Source: an uncultured Gammaproteobacteria bacterium (lineage in GTDB: Bacteria; Patescibacteriota; Patescibacteriia; Veblenbacterales; UBA10138). Taken from it: a DNA stretch of 64,000 nucleotides. The translations under genes were made by a program, and so were the position numbers. The stretch is taken from the NCBI GenBank assembly GCA_964453605.1, contig CAYVOI010000001.1:21182-85181 (forward strand), in the 5' to 3' direction. Positions 8,586 through 18,209 of this stretch are shown one piece after another. Position 1 is the stretch's first letter. The number at the start of each line of letters is the position of its first letter. The notes under the pieces were generated by a model that did not search any database, had not been told where the DNA came from, and was given only the letters and a program-made list of their open reading frames with translations.

Positions 8586-8674
8586 TTAGCATTTTGGATC
8601 CCTTTTGTGCTTCAATACAAGCAATTTTGCGAGTTTTCTTGAATCTGAGCCTCAAAAGAAGATATAATTTCAAT

Positions 8675-9178
8675 ATGGCTACAAAAGATGAACTCGAACA
8701 AAAACCCCTATTCCGTTTTGCAAAAGTTCTTTTTTCCCTGTCAGCCTTTATTGTTGCCACCCTAACAGTGTTTGTCTGGTACGGCGTCAAATCAAAGGAC
8801 TATGATACCAGTCGGTCATATTTCGTCTGCAATTCGTTCACTACACAACATGGGCTGACTGACGACGAAAAAGAGACTCTCAAAGTCTCTCAACCGCCTG
8901 CGTTTAATGCTGGCTCAGCAGCCCAAACACGTATAAACCAGGTGTGCTACCAAGAATATAGCGGTGGAAAGGATGCTGCTACACAGGCCAACATTGATTC
9001 TTTTCGTGCATTTCAGAGTGGCCCAGATGGACGAGTTTATACAATTCAAGGGACAAAAACATCAGATGATTGGCACTGGGACGGGCTGCTGATTGCCCTT
9101 GCTGTTGAGTACCTTGTCTTTTGGTTCCTAAAGCAAGCCGGCTTATACATTGCTGGCGGTAGAGACGCGTTGAAATAA
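8675..9178 (+). CDS. Hypothetical protein with N- and C-terminal TM helices, AT-rich
   Basis: ATG at 8675 (MATKDELEQ...). The upstream part of the track ORF overlaps the tagA-like gene on the opposite strand. Composition is low-GC. Confidence 0.5.
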   Translation: MATKDELEQKPLFRFAKVLFSLSAFIVATLTVFVWYGVKSKDYDTSRSYFVCNSFTTQHGLTDDEKETLKVSQPPAFNAGSAAQTRINQVCYQEYSGGKDAATQANIDSFRAFQSGPDGRVYTIQGTKTSDDWHWDGLLIALAVEYLVFWFLKQAGLYIAGGRDALK

Positions 9179-9245
9179 GCACATTTTATCGCTTCTGCGA
9201 GTAGAGTGATGATTCCCCATTGAGCAGTGGGGTGCTTTGGCCCTG

Positions 9246-9319
9246 TGGTGGACCCAGGGAGAATCGAACTCCCGCCTGCGCAATGCGAATGCGCTGTAAT
9301 ACCACTTTACTATGGGCCC
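9246..9319 (-). tRNA. tRNA-Ala(CGC), CCA encoded
   Basis: GGGCCCATAGTAAAGTGGTATTACAGCGCATTCGCATTGCGCAGGCGGGAGTTCGATTCTCCCTGGGTCCACCA. G3:U70 pair; anticodon CGC. Confidence 0.85.
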
Positions 9320-9497
9320 ACCACAGAGCCAACCTTTAGGCTACCAACTCCGACGAGCCTGCTGTCGGAGCCCCGACTTAGGCGTCGGGGCTGAGCTACT
9401 GGCCCCTGAAGTATGGGCCTCGCCCAACTCCAGGGCGAGCCTTTACTAAACTAGCATGCTCTGGCTGTGCCATAAACTGGCCCGAAGGCCTAAGGCC

Positions 9498-9572
9498 TGG
9501 TGCCCCCGGCAGGAATCGAACCTACATCTATCCCTTAGGACGGGACTGTTCTATCCATTGAACTACAGGGGC
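9498..9572 (-). tRNA. tRNA-Arg(CCT), CCA encoded
   Basis: GCCCCTGTAGTTCAATGGATAGAACAGTCCCGTCCTAAGGGATAGATGTAGGTTCGATTCCTGCCGGGGGCACCA. Acceptor GCCCCTG pairs with CGGGGGC; anticodon loop is GTCCTAA. Confidence 0.85.
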
Positions 9573-9600
9573 CCCTTGTACCACCCGAGTAGCCTAGGGG

Positions 9601-9789
9601 CTACTGGGGTTTGGAGTCAAGCAGGCGGCTGGCAAACTGGCTGAACCTGCCACCATGACTCTCAAGGTAGCCAAGAGCGCCGAGCACTCCCGCGATTATG
9701 ATACCCAAAGCCAGGAGTGTTAGCATATCCTGCTTCAGGTAGGTGTTGCTGTCGTTGGACATAGGCGTTGACGTTAGCACATCTACCAT
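9601..9789 (-). CDS. Possible small membrane protein (62 aa)
   Basis: Single TM helix. The ORF abuts the tRNA-Arg 5' end. There is no other support. Confidence 0.3.
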   Translation of the reverse strand: MVDVLTSTPMSNDSNTYLKQDMLTLLALGIIIAGVLGALGYLESHGGRFSQFASRLLDSKPQ

Positions 9790-9850
9790 ACTACAATAGC
9801 AATGATTTTTCTACCCACCTTCTAACTTCACCACTAACCTACACAACCCT

Positions 9851-10261
9851 ATGTTCAAAGGCGATAGCCACAGCGAAACTGATACCCTTATTGGCCCTTC
9901 GGTAAAAGTGGAAGGTGATTTTTCAAGCCAGGGGAACATACACATTGAGGGCGCGCTAAAGGGCACCATGGAAACCGCCGCGAACCTGACGGTGGGTGAA
10001 CACGCCCACCTGGTGGCTGACGTTAAAGCCCAGAATGCCTACGTGGCAGGCTATGTTAAGGGGAACTTGAACGTGGGTGAACGGCTCGAGCTTGCGCCCA
10101 CGAGCCACATCGAGGGTGATGTATCGGCCAAAGTGCTGGTGGTAACTGAGGGTGCTCGGCTCGACGGTAAGTGTCAGATGACAGCTGCGGCAGTGGCAAC
10201 ACCAGCAGGTACTACTCGCACCACGAGTAAAAAAACGGCCACGGTAGCACAAGTGGGCTAG
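9851..10261 (+). CDS. Bactofilin (polymer-forming cytoskeletal protein, DUF583)
   Basis: Repetitive beta-helical segments IHIEGALKG...AYVAGYVKGNLNVGERLEL...IEGDV, as in CcmA/BacA. Confidence 0.8.
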   Translation: MFKGDSHSETDTLIGPSVKVEGDFSSQGNIHIEGALKGTMETAANLTVGEHAHLVADVKAQNAYVAGYVKGNLNVGERLELAPTSHIEGDVSAKVLVVTEGARLDGKCQMTAAAVATPAGTTRTTSKKTATVAQVG

Positions 10262-10282
10262 TCGCCTGTCTCCCGGGCGCCT

Positions 10283-11056
10283 ATGCCCTACTTTTACCTT
10301 TACGATACCTACCTTGGGGACCGGTCATACGCCAGTCTCCTCATTAAGTTGGAAACAACGCTGACTGACCTGGGGCTCCAAGGGAAGATTGGCCGGTTAA
10401 CCTTGCTCAAGAGTGTCAGGGATTTGGTCACGGCAGCGATTCGCGACGGGGCTGATACAGTAGTAGCAGTAGGGAACGACACTACACTCTCACGGGTAGC
10501 TGAGGTGGTGGCTAAACACCCCAAAGTTAGCGTTGGGTTGATACCACTCGGAGCAGAGAGCCAAACCTGCGCCGAGCTCTTGGGTATACCCGTGGGGCTT
10601 TTGAGCTGCCACGTACTCTCAAGCCGGCTGGTAGAAACGGTAACCTTGGGGCAGGTTAATAACCAATACTTTCTCCAAGCCGTGGGTTGCAGCGGGCAGC
10701 CAGTCTTAGGCTGTGAGTATGGTGGCCGGGTCTACCGGGTAACGCTCGCTACGCCGCACCAGATTAAGGTTTGCAATCTTGACCGCGTACCAGAGCACCA
10801 CGGCCCAGGCAGCACAGGCCAGCTCGAGCATGCCCTAGCCACCGTGCTCGTACCCGCCAGTAAAAAGAACTGGTTTGGCTTTAGTGCTGCCAACAGTGCG
10901 GCTACCGTTATACCAACTGAGGTGGTGACTATAAGCTCACCCGATGATGAGCTGGCACTCACTGTAGATGGCTACCGTACCATAAAAACACCAGCCACGG
11001 TGCGGGTAGCTAAAGAGCGCCTCAAGCTCATTGTAGGCAAGAAACGCCTGTTCTAG
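10283..11056 (+). CDS. Diacylglycerol-kinase catalytic-domain-like lipid kinase (YegS/BmrU family), degenerate glycine motif
   Basis: VVAVGNDTTLSRV (in place of GGDGT) and GLIPLGAESQ, laid out as in the DAGK_cat domain. Confidence 0.55.
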   Translation: MPYFYLYDTYLGDRSYASLLIKLETTLTDLGLQGKIGRLTLLKSVRDLVTAAIRDGADTVVAVGNDTTLSRVAEVVAKHPKVSVGLIPLGAESQTCAELLGIPVGLLSCHVLSSRLVETVTLGQVNNQYFLQAVGCSGQPVLGCEYGGRVYRVTLATPHQIKVCNLDRVPEHHGPGSTGQLEHALATVLVPASKKNWFGFSAANSAATVIPTEVVTISSPDDELALTVDGYRTIKTPATVRVAKERLKLIVGKKRLF

Positions 11057-11075
11057 CTCAACCTAAGCAGCTGTC

Positions 11076-11351
11076 TTAGGATGATTGAGAAACAAGCCCT
11101 GGCGCTACGGGGGTCTCGGGTTTTGGTTTGAGATCCTCAACCACCATTGCGCGCGAGCTTACGCTTACCACCTGCGCGGGAGAAATGAGGAGCACCTTCT
11201 GCCAGAGCTTAAGGAATGAGAAGGGCGGCGCGACGTGGTAGAAGCAGACCTCGCGGGCGGTGGCGTCTACCTCAACATCAACCACGCGGCCTAAGAACAG
11301 CCCGCTCTTGGTGACCACGGGTAGGTTACGACAGGGCAGGCTTGGTCCCAT
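11076..11351 (-). CDS. PRC-barrel / YlmC-YmxH-like small protein
   Basis: 91 aa with a LFLGRVVDVEVD motif typical of PRC-barrel proteins. It overlaps the yidC start by 26 nt. Confidence 0.4.
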   Translation of the reverse strand: MGPSLPCRNLPVVTKSGLFLGRVVDVEVDATAREVCFYHVAPPFSFLKLWQKVLLISPAQVVSVSSRAMVVEDLKPKPETPVAPGLVSQSS

Positions 11352-12051
11352 GGTGCCTGAAGGTTAGGTACTGCTGCACAATGGTGAACACGATGTTTAC
11401 CAACCAGTACACAATGAGACCGCTCGGTAGCCGAAAACCAATGACCGCGGTTATGGCCGGCATAACGTAGAGCATTTGCTTGTTCATCATGGCTGCCTGG
11501 CTCTCGTCCTTAGAGCCGGGCGTGGCCACCGCAGGCTTGGTGGTCACCAGCATCTTGGACTGCCAGAACTGCGCCAGGCCAGCCGCCACAGCTAGGGGCC
11601 AGCTGGGTTTGAGTAAATCCCAAAACCCAAAGGCGACGTGGGACAACACCCCGGGGTTGTGCACGAAGGGGTAGAGGAGGGTAAGGCTGTTGGACGAAGC
11701 TAGCCCGCTGCGGAATACCTGGTACAGGGCGATGAGGAAGGGCAGCTGCACCAGGAGCGGCAAACACGAGGAGAAGGGGCTCACCTTTTCGGCCTGGTAG
11801 AGCTGCATGAGCTCGCGAGCCAGACGGTCTTTCTGGTCCTTAAACTTACCCTTCAGCGCCTCAACTTTTGGTTGCAGCTCTTGCAGCGCACGCTGGGACA
11901 CTACCGACTTGCGTGATAGTGGGTAGAGCACGAACTTGATGATGAGCGTGAGTATGACAATAGCCACACCCATGTCACCCACGGCATTGTAGACTGCCAC
12001 CAGCAGGTTAAACAGCGGCTGGTAGAAAATGGTAGTAAGTACGGCGCCCAC
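11326..12051 (-). CDS. yidC: Membrane protein insertase YidC (short Oxa1-type)
   Basis: Five-TM core with the conserved PLSRKS...MQLYQAEKVSP segment. Confidence 0.85.
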   Translation of the reverse strand: MGAVLTTIFYQPLFNLLVAVYNAVGDMGVAIVILTLIIKFVLYPLSRKSVVSQRALQELQPKVEALKGKFKDQKDRLARELMQLYQAEKVSPFSSCLPLLVQLPFLIALYQVFRSGLASSNSLTLLYPFVHNPGVLSHVAFGFWDLLKPSWPLAVAAGLAQFWQSKMLVTTKPAVATPGSKDESQAAMMNKQMLYVMPAITAVIGFRLPSGLIVYWLVNIVFTIVQQYLTFRHHGTKPALS

Positions 12052-12058
12052 AGGAAGC

Positions 12059-12313
12059 TCAGGTTACGGGATCAAGCCCACCCGACGACCAGGGGTGGCA
12101 GCGGGTCAGGCGCTTGGCCGCACGTACTATACCAAATAGCACCCCGTACCGCTCTAGGCTCTGGTAGGCGTACTCTGAGCAGGAAGGGTAAAAGTGGCAC
12201 CCCGCCCCAGGAAACAACGCCCTCCCCCAGCCGTGGTCGGGGGATATGGTCTTTTGGTAGCCACGTATAGCCAATAGAATTAAGGTTTTTATAAGCGTCG
12301 CACAATAGTTCAT
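12059..12313 (-). CDS. yidD: Membrane protein insertion efficiency factor YidD
   Basis: YQKTISP...CHFYPSCSEYA signature. Confidence 0.85.
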   Translation of the reverse strand: MNYCATLIKTLILLAIRGYQKTISPDHGWGRALFPGAGCHFYPSCSEYAYQSLERYGVLFGIVRAAKRLTRCHPWSSGGLDPVT

Positions 12314-12317
12314 AGAT

Positions 12318-12662
12318 CTAAGGCTTACGGCCTAACTGTTTTTTTATCGTAGTCTCTAGATCAGCTACCACCTGGTGGTAGGTTAAGTCGCGTATACCTG
12401 GAGCTACTATAAAAATGAGGTGGTAGCCGCGTGGTGGAAGGTTAGGTTTTAAGCTACGTAAGGCTGCCCACAACCACCGTCGGTAGTGATTACGCCTAGT
12501 GGCTTTGAGTGAAACTTTTTTGGAAACTACGACTCCAAAACGCGTGGCAGCAGGCTGAGCCACTACCACACAGCTAAAGCCGCGCGTTCGTAGGCGGCGG
12601 CCGTGGCGGTAGGTGGTAGCGTAGTCCTGAGCACTGGTTAACCGAAACTTACGCCTGAGCAT
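12318..12662 (-). CDS. rnpA: Ribonuclease P protein component
   Basis: Basic 114-aa protein with the RNR-like motif KATRRNHYRR, in the conserved position next to rpmH. Confidence 0.85.
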   Translation of the reverse strand: MLRRKFRLTSAQDYATTYRHGRRLRTRGFSCVVVAQPAATRFGVVVSKKVSLKATRRNHYRRWLWAALRSLKPNLPPRGYHLIFIVAPGIRDLTYHQVVADLETTIKKQLGRKP

Positions 12663-12809
12663 TTAGCGGGTTGACACGGTCAGGCGGCGGCGACCTTTCT
12701 GGCGGCGGCGGCTCAGTACCCGGCGGCCGGTGGGGCTAGCTTGGCGTGAGCGAAACCCATGACGGCGGCGGCGGCGAATTTTTTTAGGCTGGTACGTTCG
12801 CTTCGGCAT
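12663..12809 (-). CDS. rpmH: 50S ribosomal protein L34
   Basis: Not in the ORF track because it is shorter than 60 aa. Hand translation gives [48 protein letters not shown]. Confidence 0.9.
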   Translation of the reverse strand: MPKRTYQPKKIRRRRRHGFRSRQASPTGRRVLSRRRQKGRRRLTVSTR

Positions 12810-12999
12810 AAAGCTAAGCAATAAAAATGCTTACCTACTATACCAAGCTCGGCCATAGTTGGTCAACGTAAGGGTATGGCCTAGCGCTATCCACATAGTA
12901 TCAACAGGTTATAAACACAGCTGGCCAGGTCGGCTATTTTAGTTAGCCCAGATTACCGCTATGATACGTAGGCTAGCCTAAATAGCTAAAACCAGTGCC
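12810..12999. promoter_or_regulatory. Putative oriC / dnaA promoter region with DnaA-box-like sites
   Basis: CTATCCACA at 12886-12894 and TTATAAACA at 12909-12917. A further TTATCCACC lies between dnaA and dnaN at 14438-14446. Confidence 0.45.
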
Positions 13000-14349
13000 A
13001 TGACCAACGAAGAGCTGTGGAGCTCAACCTTGGGCGAGCTTGAGCTCCTAATAAGCAAAGCGAATTTTACGACCTGGTTCAAGAACACCAGCATTGTGTC
13101 GGTGAACGAGGGGCAGGTGGTGGTGGCAGTACCAAACGCCTTTACCAAGGCGTGGTTGGAAAAAAAGTACCACAGCTTCATCGTCAAGGCCCTACAGAAT
13201 ATAGCTGGCAGCGGCATCAAACACATTGACTACCGGGTGGAGTTGGGCCAGGCGGGCACACAAAAACAGGAGCTCGCTGCCCCGCCGGCCCCAGCCACAG
13301 CTGTGCGCGAGGTGGGGGCCAGCTTTGGGCTCAACCCGCGCTACACCCTTGACGCCTTTATTGTGGGCAAGAACAATGAGCTGGCCCGGGCAGCGGCCCT
13401 GGCGGTGGCCCAGAACCCCGGCGGAACCTACAATCCACTCTTCATCTACGGCGGGGTGGGCTTAGGTAAGACCCACCTCATGCAAGCTATTGGGCATGAC
13501 ATTGTGGGGCGCACCCCGGGCAAGCACGTGCTCTACGTGCCGTGTGAAAAGTTTACCACCGAGTTCATCCAGGCCATTGGTAGTGGAAAAATAGAGCGGT
13601 TCAAGTCCACCTATCGATCGGTTGATGTACTCCTGGTTGACGATATCCAGTTCCTGGCCGGCAAAGAAGGGACGCAGGAAGAGTTCTTCCACACCTTTAA
13701 CACCTTACACCAAGCCAACAAGCAAATTGTTTTAACTTCAGACAGGCCCCCCAAAGCTATTCAAACTCTGGAGAATAGGCTTATTTCTCGATTTGAGTGG
13801 GGCATGATAGCTGATATCGCAAGCCCAGATCTTGAAACCAGAACGGCGATTTTAGAAACCAAATGCCGCGAGCGTGGCTACCACCTGGAGCCTGATATCA
13901 TCAACTACCTCGCCACCAACATCCAGCACAACGTCCGCGAGCTCGAGGGGGCCCTCAATCGTATTGTCGCCTACCACCAGCTCAACAACCGTGCCCCCTC
14001 ACTGGAATCGGTTAAAGAGCTCTTACACGGGCTGCAGAGTGGTGGCGGGCACAATAAGAGCCTGACCAGTAAGAAGATACTAGCTACCATTGCCCAGTAC
14101 TACGACGTTGGTGCTGACGACCTGCTGGGGGTTAGCCGCAAGAAGCACCTGGTTGAGCCGCGGCAGGTGGCTATGTACCTGATGCGCGAAGAGCTTAAGG
14201 CCTCGTTCCCTACCATTGGCCAAGAAATGGGTGGCCGGGACCACACCACCGCTATGCACTCGTGCCTCAAGGTGGCCAAAGAGCTTGAGACAAATGAGAA
14301 GGTTCGACAAGATATTCACAACTTACGACAGCAGTTGAGCGCACTCTAA
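13000..14349 (+). CDS. dnaA: Chromosomal replication initiator DnaA
   Basis: Walker A GGVGLGKTHL, the AAA+ core, and the C-terminal DNA-binding helix-turn-helix. Confidence 0.95.
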   Translation: MTNEELWSSTLGELELLISKANFTTWFKNTSIVSVNEGQVVVAVPNAFTKAWLEKKYHSFIVKALQNIAGSGIKHIDYRVELGQAGTQKQELAAPPAPATAVREVGASFGLNPRYTLDAFIVGKNNELARAAALAVAQNPGGTYNPLFIYGGVGLGKTHLMQAIGHDIVGRTPGKHVLYVPCEKFTTEFIQAIGSGKIERFKSTYRSVDVLLVDDIQFLAGKEGTQEEFFHTFNTLHQANKQIVLTSDRPPKAIQTLENRLISRFEWGMIADIASPDLETRTAILETKCRERGYHLEPDIINYLATNIQHNVRELEGALNRIVAYHQLNNRAPSLESVKELLHGLQSGGGHNKSLTSKKILATIAQYYDVGADDLLGVSRKKHLVEPRQVAMYLMREELKASFPTIGQEMGGRDHTTAMHSCLKVAKELETNEKVRQDIHNLRQQLSAL

Positions 14350-14466
14350 GTTTTCCACCGCGTGTCTCGGCCCCTCCCCACAAGTTGCCCCCAACCCCCT
14401 ACTATCATCTAAGCCCAAAAAGCTGGCCCCTAACCATTTATCCACCTTTCCCCACCACCTACTACT

Positions 14467-15576
14467 ATGAAATTCTCATGTACCCAAGAAAATTTTAATA
14501 CAGGGTTAAGCGCTGTGGCTCACGTAGCCAGTCGAAATGCTAACCTACCAATTTTAAGTAATATCTTACTCCGTACCAGCAAAACCGGACTAGAGCTAGT
14601 GGCGACCAACCTGGAGGTGGCGGTAGTAACCGTGGTTCGGGGCAAGGTAGATGGAGAAGGTGCCATAACTGTGAACAGTCGACTCTTAAGCGACGCGGTA
14701 GCGCTACTTCCCAGAGAGCGCATTGACCTTGAGCTCACCGGCACCGACCTTGCCCTACGCTGCGGCAAGCACCGCACCACCATACGGGGCCTGGCGGCGG
14801 ATGACTTTCCTGTTATACCTGAGGTGGTGGGCGCGGGCGGCATAACCTGTAGCGCGGCTGACCTTGAGGCGGCGCTTGGTAGTGTGGTGTTTGCAGTTAA
14901 CCCCGACGAGGGTAGGCCCGAGATAGCCGGCGTCTACTTTGAGCACAGTAGCCGAGGGTTGGTGGTGGCGGGGACCGACAGCTACCGCTTAGCTGAGTAC
15001 GTTATCTCTTCGGTAAAAGGTAAAACCACCCCAGATAAATTTATTTTACCCCTCAGGGCCGCCCAAGAAGTACTTCGCGTGGTAGCGGGGGTGAACGAAG
15101 AAGAAGTTCAGGTGCTTACTAGTGATAGCCAGGCGCTGTGGCAGCTGGGAGAAACAAGGATTATCTCCCGCCTGGTAGCTGGTCAGTACCCTGACTACCA
15201 GCAAATTATCCCCAAGGATTTTGCCACCCGGGCAGTAGCCGCGCGGGACGAGCTCTTGAGGGCGGTGCGCTCAGCCGCCCTGTTTGCTCGCTCTGGCATT
15301 AACGATGTGCGCTTAAGCTTAACCCCCGAGCAAAAAACCATTACCGTATCGTCAGCCAATAGCCAGTTGGGAGAGAATACCATCGAGCTCGCCACGCTAA
15401 GTAGTGAGGGTGAAGCGGCTGAGGTGGTGTTTAATTACCGCTACCTACTGGAGGGGTTGCAGGCTACCCCACAGAGCGAAGTTGTGCTCGAGGTGGTGGG
15501 GCCTAAGAATCCGGGGGTGCTTAAACCACAGGGCGCCTCGAGCTACCTCTACATCATCATGCCGATTCGGCAGTAA
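14467..15576 (+). CDS. dnaN: DNA polymerase III beta sliding clamp
   Basis: Three-domain clamp architecture, directly downstream of dnaA. Confidence 0.9.
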   Translation: MKFSCTQENFNTGLSAVAHVASRNANLPILSNILLRTSKTGLELVATNLEVAVVTVVRGKVDGEGAITVNSRLLSDAVALLPRERIDLELTGTDLALRCGKHRTTIRGLAADDFPVIPEVVGAGGITCSAADLEAALGSVVFAVNPDEGRPEIAGVYFEHSSRGLVVAGTDSYRLAEYVISSVKGKTTPDKFILPLRAAQEVLRVVAGVNEEEVQVLTSDSQALWQLGETRIISRLVAGQYPDYQQIIPKDFATRAVAARDELLRAVRSAALFARSGINDVRLSLTPEQKTITVSSANSQLGENTIELATLSSEGEAAEVVFNYRYLLEGLQATPQSEVVLEVVGPKNPGVLKPQGASSYLYIIMPIRQ

Positions 15577-16471
15577 TCCCCTTACAACAAAGAAGGTTGG
15601 TGTATTGTTTCTCAGTGAGGCGGTGGATTAAATCCGTTACGTTGGTTATGGGGCGAAGTACACCACCAACCTCATCAATTTCGGTTAGAGAGAAACCTAA
15701 ACTTGTTAGTTTTGATAAAAAACCAGCAGGCGAGTACCCGATCGCCTGTAAACCAGCCGGCCAAAACTCAGTAAAGAGTATTAGTTGATCTTGCTGCTTG
15801 ATAGTATCTACCATACCATCAAGTGCTAATCCCTCAGCCCCCTGGATATCCATTTTTATGAGGTTAGGCAACGGTAGGTTATGTGTAAACACTAAGGCGT
15901 CAAGCGAAGTTGCATTGATGTTTATAGATTCTCGATGAGCCCCCGGTAGTGGCGCGAGTCTGTGATCACCCTTATTCGTGGCGGAGAGGAAAAGCTCAGC
16001 TTTTCCCGTTACCCGAGATAGAGCTGTTTGGTAGCAGGAAATGTTGGTGGGGGAGGAGCAGGAGGCAGTCTTTTGTAGTAGGGTAAAATTTTCCGGCTCA
16101 GGCTCAATGGCGATTACACGACCTGTAGGCCCCACCGCACGAGCAGCTAGTGCTGTATAGTAACCAGTATTTGCGCCCACATCAACCACCACCCAGCCAG
16201 GTCGTATGTGGGAAGTAAAAAGTTTAGTTTCTAGTGGCTCATAGACCCCCAAGATAAGCGCCCCACTGATAACAGGATCGCTGGTATTGAGGGCTACGGT
16301 TACACCGTTTATGGTGAGGTAGGGTGGGAGTAGGCTTAATAGGGCCCAGTTTGTTAAGTGATTTAGTCCAGGAACCTTAGCCAAGCTTCTGTAGACAATA
16401 TGTGGGTAGCCGCGTGGCAGTAACTGAGTTAACCAGCGGATAATCTGGGTAATAGGTCGGCGGGGAGACAT
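15557..16471 (-). CDS. FkbM-family methyltransferase
   Basis: VVDVGANTGYYT motif. Convergent 20-nt overlap with the end of dnaN. Confidence 0.75.
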   Translation of the reverse strand: MSPRRPITQIIRWLTQLLPRGYPHIVYRSLAKVPGLNHLTNWALLSLLPPYLTINGVTVALNTSDPVISGALILGVYEPLETKLFTSHIRPGWVVVDVGANTGYYTALAARAVGPTGRVIAIEPEPENFTLLQKTASCSSPTNISCYQTALSRVTGKAELFLSATNKGDHRLAPLPGAHRESININATSLDALVFTHNLPLPNLIKMDIQGAEGLALDGMVDTIKQQDQLILFTEFWPAGLQAIGYSPAGFLSKLTSLGFSLTEIDEVGGVLRPITNVTDLIHRLTEKQYTNLLCCKGITAESA

Positions 16472-16482
16472 GAGGTTGGGTG

Positions 16483-18207
16483 TTAAGGGAGGCGCAGGTA
16501 TGCTGTGAGCTGGTCGTCGGGGTTAGCTGTGGTAGGTGTGGCGAATAAGTGTGGGTGGAAGTAGGCGAGCTCTGGTATGTTGTTGAAGTAGTAGTCAGTA
16601 ATGGGGAAGTGAATGAGCTGGTAGGGAGCTTGTTCGAGGAAGCGCGCAAATATATCACTGACTGGACGCCCAACTGATGTTTGGTACGCTACCTGCCCCC
16701 GCCGCTTGATGATGACATCGGGTGTAAGTTTAGCATCGACTGCTATGTTATTAAACACAAACCCAACAATCACTCGGCTCCGGAGGTAGTACATGTAGGC
16801 CGGCTCCTCGTAGTTCGTAGCAATCGTTAGGCTGGCGGGGTTAGCGTAGTGTTGCTGTAGGTAGGGTATCACAAAATCAAGGGGGCCCTCGTAGCGGTGG
16901 GTCAGTTCATGTAGGTGGCCATACCAAGCTTGAATTTTGGTTGGCAGGAATAAGAGGAGGCTGCCACAAAGTACTATGCTGGTCGCCAATCTGAGCCGTT
17001 GGCCGAGCTCGCCGCTGTAGTGGTTTTGTATCAGCCAGAGGGTAACTACAGCGTCTAAGCTTAGGGTAGTCGCCAAGAGTGGTTGTAGCATGATAACGTA
17101 GCGCTCAAACGTAGGGTAGGGAATAGTTGCTACTAAGAGTAGGTGGATGAGGCACAGGCCCATGAGAAAGCTTGAATACCAGCAGCAGTCTTTGGCCCAG
17201 CCGGTAAGCCGGCCGCGCTGCGACAGCGCGGTCCTGGTAACCCAAGTAGCCAGGGCGGCTGGCAGGAATTCGTAGCGGGTAAAAAATTTTACCGTTGAAC
17301 TGAGGTTGTAGATATAGAGCCCCAAACTAGGGTGGAAGTACAAACGAAAGGCGTAGTTGATGGTTAGGGTTTTAAAGAATACCGCACATGGTATGACGAG
17401 CGCGAGCGCTAGCACCACAGGCCAGAGCTGATACCAGAGCTTAGTGCGCACAGTAGGAGCAATGAGTGCCCACCACCAGCCGCCTAAGGCAGTTCCACGA
17501 CGGCCGGCCCCTACCATAGTGCTGAGTACTAGGCCCACACTGAGGCTTATGTAGCTGGGGTAAAAGGTATTGAAGAGTAGTATTAGCACACCAGCTAGCG
17601 CTAGTCCTGTACCAACGTTTCGCGCAGCGTCTTCAGGTTGACGCTTAACATAGAAGTATAGGGCTAGTGCAGTAAGTAGTATGGTTAAGCTGTAGTACCG
17701 GACCTCGCGGAGGTGAAGTACCAGTGATACCGATAGCAACTCAAGGAGCAAGAACAGGGCAATGAACCAGTACTTAGGTTGCTGCTCGATCTTAAAACTT
17801 AAGGGGATAAGTGTGAGTACTAAAAGGCCAGCAGCACCAGCCAGGGCGAATGGTAGCCGCATCCAAGCTGTTTTGAGGTAGAGGTCGCTGGTGAGGGTGG
17901 CCAAGGCTGCACCTGGAGCTGCAAAGTAGTACTGCACCCAACCCATACCAACAAAAGCATCTAGCTGTGGCCGTACCATGAGGCTCTGGTCGGGGTGGTC
18001 TAGGAGGTACAGTACGTTCTTGCCATCGTGAATTTTGGGGTAACCAAACTCGAGGATGCGGTTACCGAACTCAGCAGTTTCTGCCTCATCGTTCCAGAGT
18101 AGTGGGTAGGAGATGTTTTTGAGTAGGCTAAAACCGAAGAGTAGTGCCAGTAGGCTGATGGCAGCACCGGCCAGTACCTTTGACCAGGTGCCTCTAGAGC
18201 TCGCCAT
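16483..18207 (-). CDS. GT-C fold glycosyltransferase of the ArnT/PMT (GT39/GT83-like) type, 574 aa
   Basis: About 12 TM helices. A DE motif sits in the first extracytoplasmic loop: WNDEAETAEFGNRILEFGYP. Confidence 0.6.
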   Translation of the reverse strand: MASSRGTWSKVLAGAAISLLALLFGFSLLKNISYPLLWNDEAETAEFGNRILEFGYPKIHDGKNVLYLLDHPDQSLMVRPQLDAFVGMGWVQYYFAAPGAALATLTSDLYLKTAWMRLPFALAGAAGLLVLTLIPLSFKIEQQPKYWFIALFLLLELLSVSLVLHLREVRYYSLTILLTALALYFYVKRQPEDAARNVGTGLALAGVLILLFNTFYPSYISLSVGLVLSTMVGAGRRGTALGGWWWALIAPTVRTKLWYQLWPVVLALALVIPCAVFFKTLTINYAFRLYFHPSLGLYIYNLSSTVKFFTRYEFLPAALATWVTRTALSQRGRLTGWAKDCCWYSSFLMGLCLIHLLLVATIPYPTFERYVIMLQPLLATTLSLDAVVTLWLIQNHYSGELGQRLRLATSIVLCGSLLLFLPTKIQAWYGHLHELTHRYEGPLDFVIPYLQQHYANPASLTIATNYEEPAYMYYLRSRVIVGFVFNNIAVDAKLTPDVIIKRRGQVAYQTSVGRPVSDIFARFLEQAPYQLIHFPITDYYFNNIPELAYFHPHLFATPTTANPDDQLTAYLRLP

Positions 18208-18209
18208 AG

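Noticed and set aside
8543-8674. Upstream 44 codons of the track ORF 8543..9178
   Set aside because: This part overlaps the tagA-like gene on the opposite strand. The internal ATG at 8675 (MATKDELEQ) gives a clean non-overlapping gene.
9320-9403. Possible extra tRNA between tRNA-Ala(CGC) and the leader motif
   Set aside because: On the tRNA strand only a 17-nt acceptor/D-arm-like fragment (GGGGCCAGTAGCTCAGC) is present. It is followed by an unrelated perfect hairpin (CCCCGAC-GCCTAA-GTCGGGG). No anticodon or T-arm could be folded.
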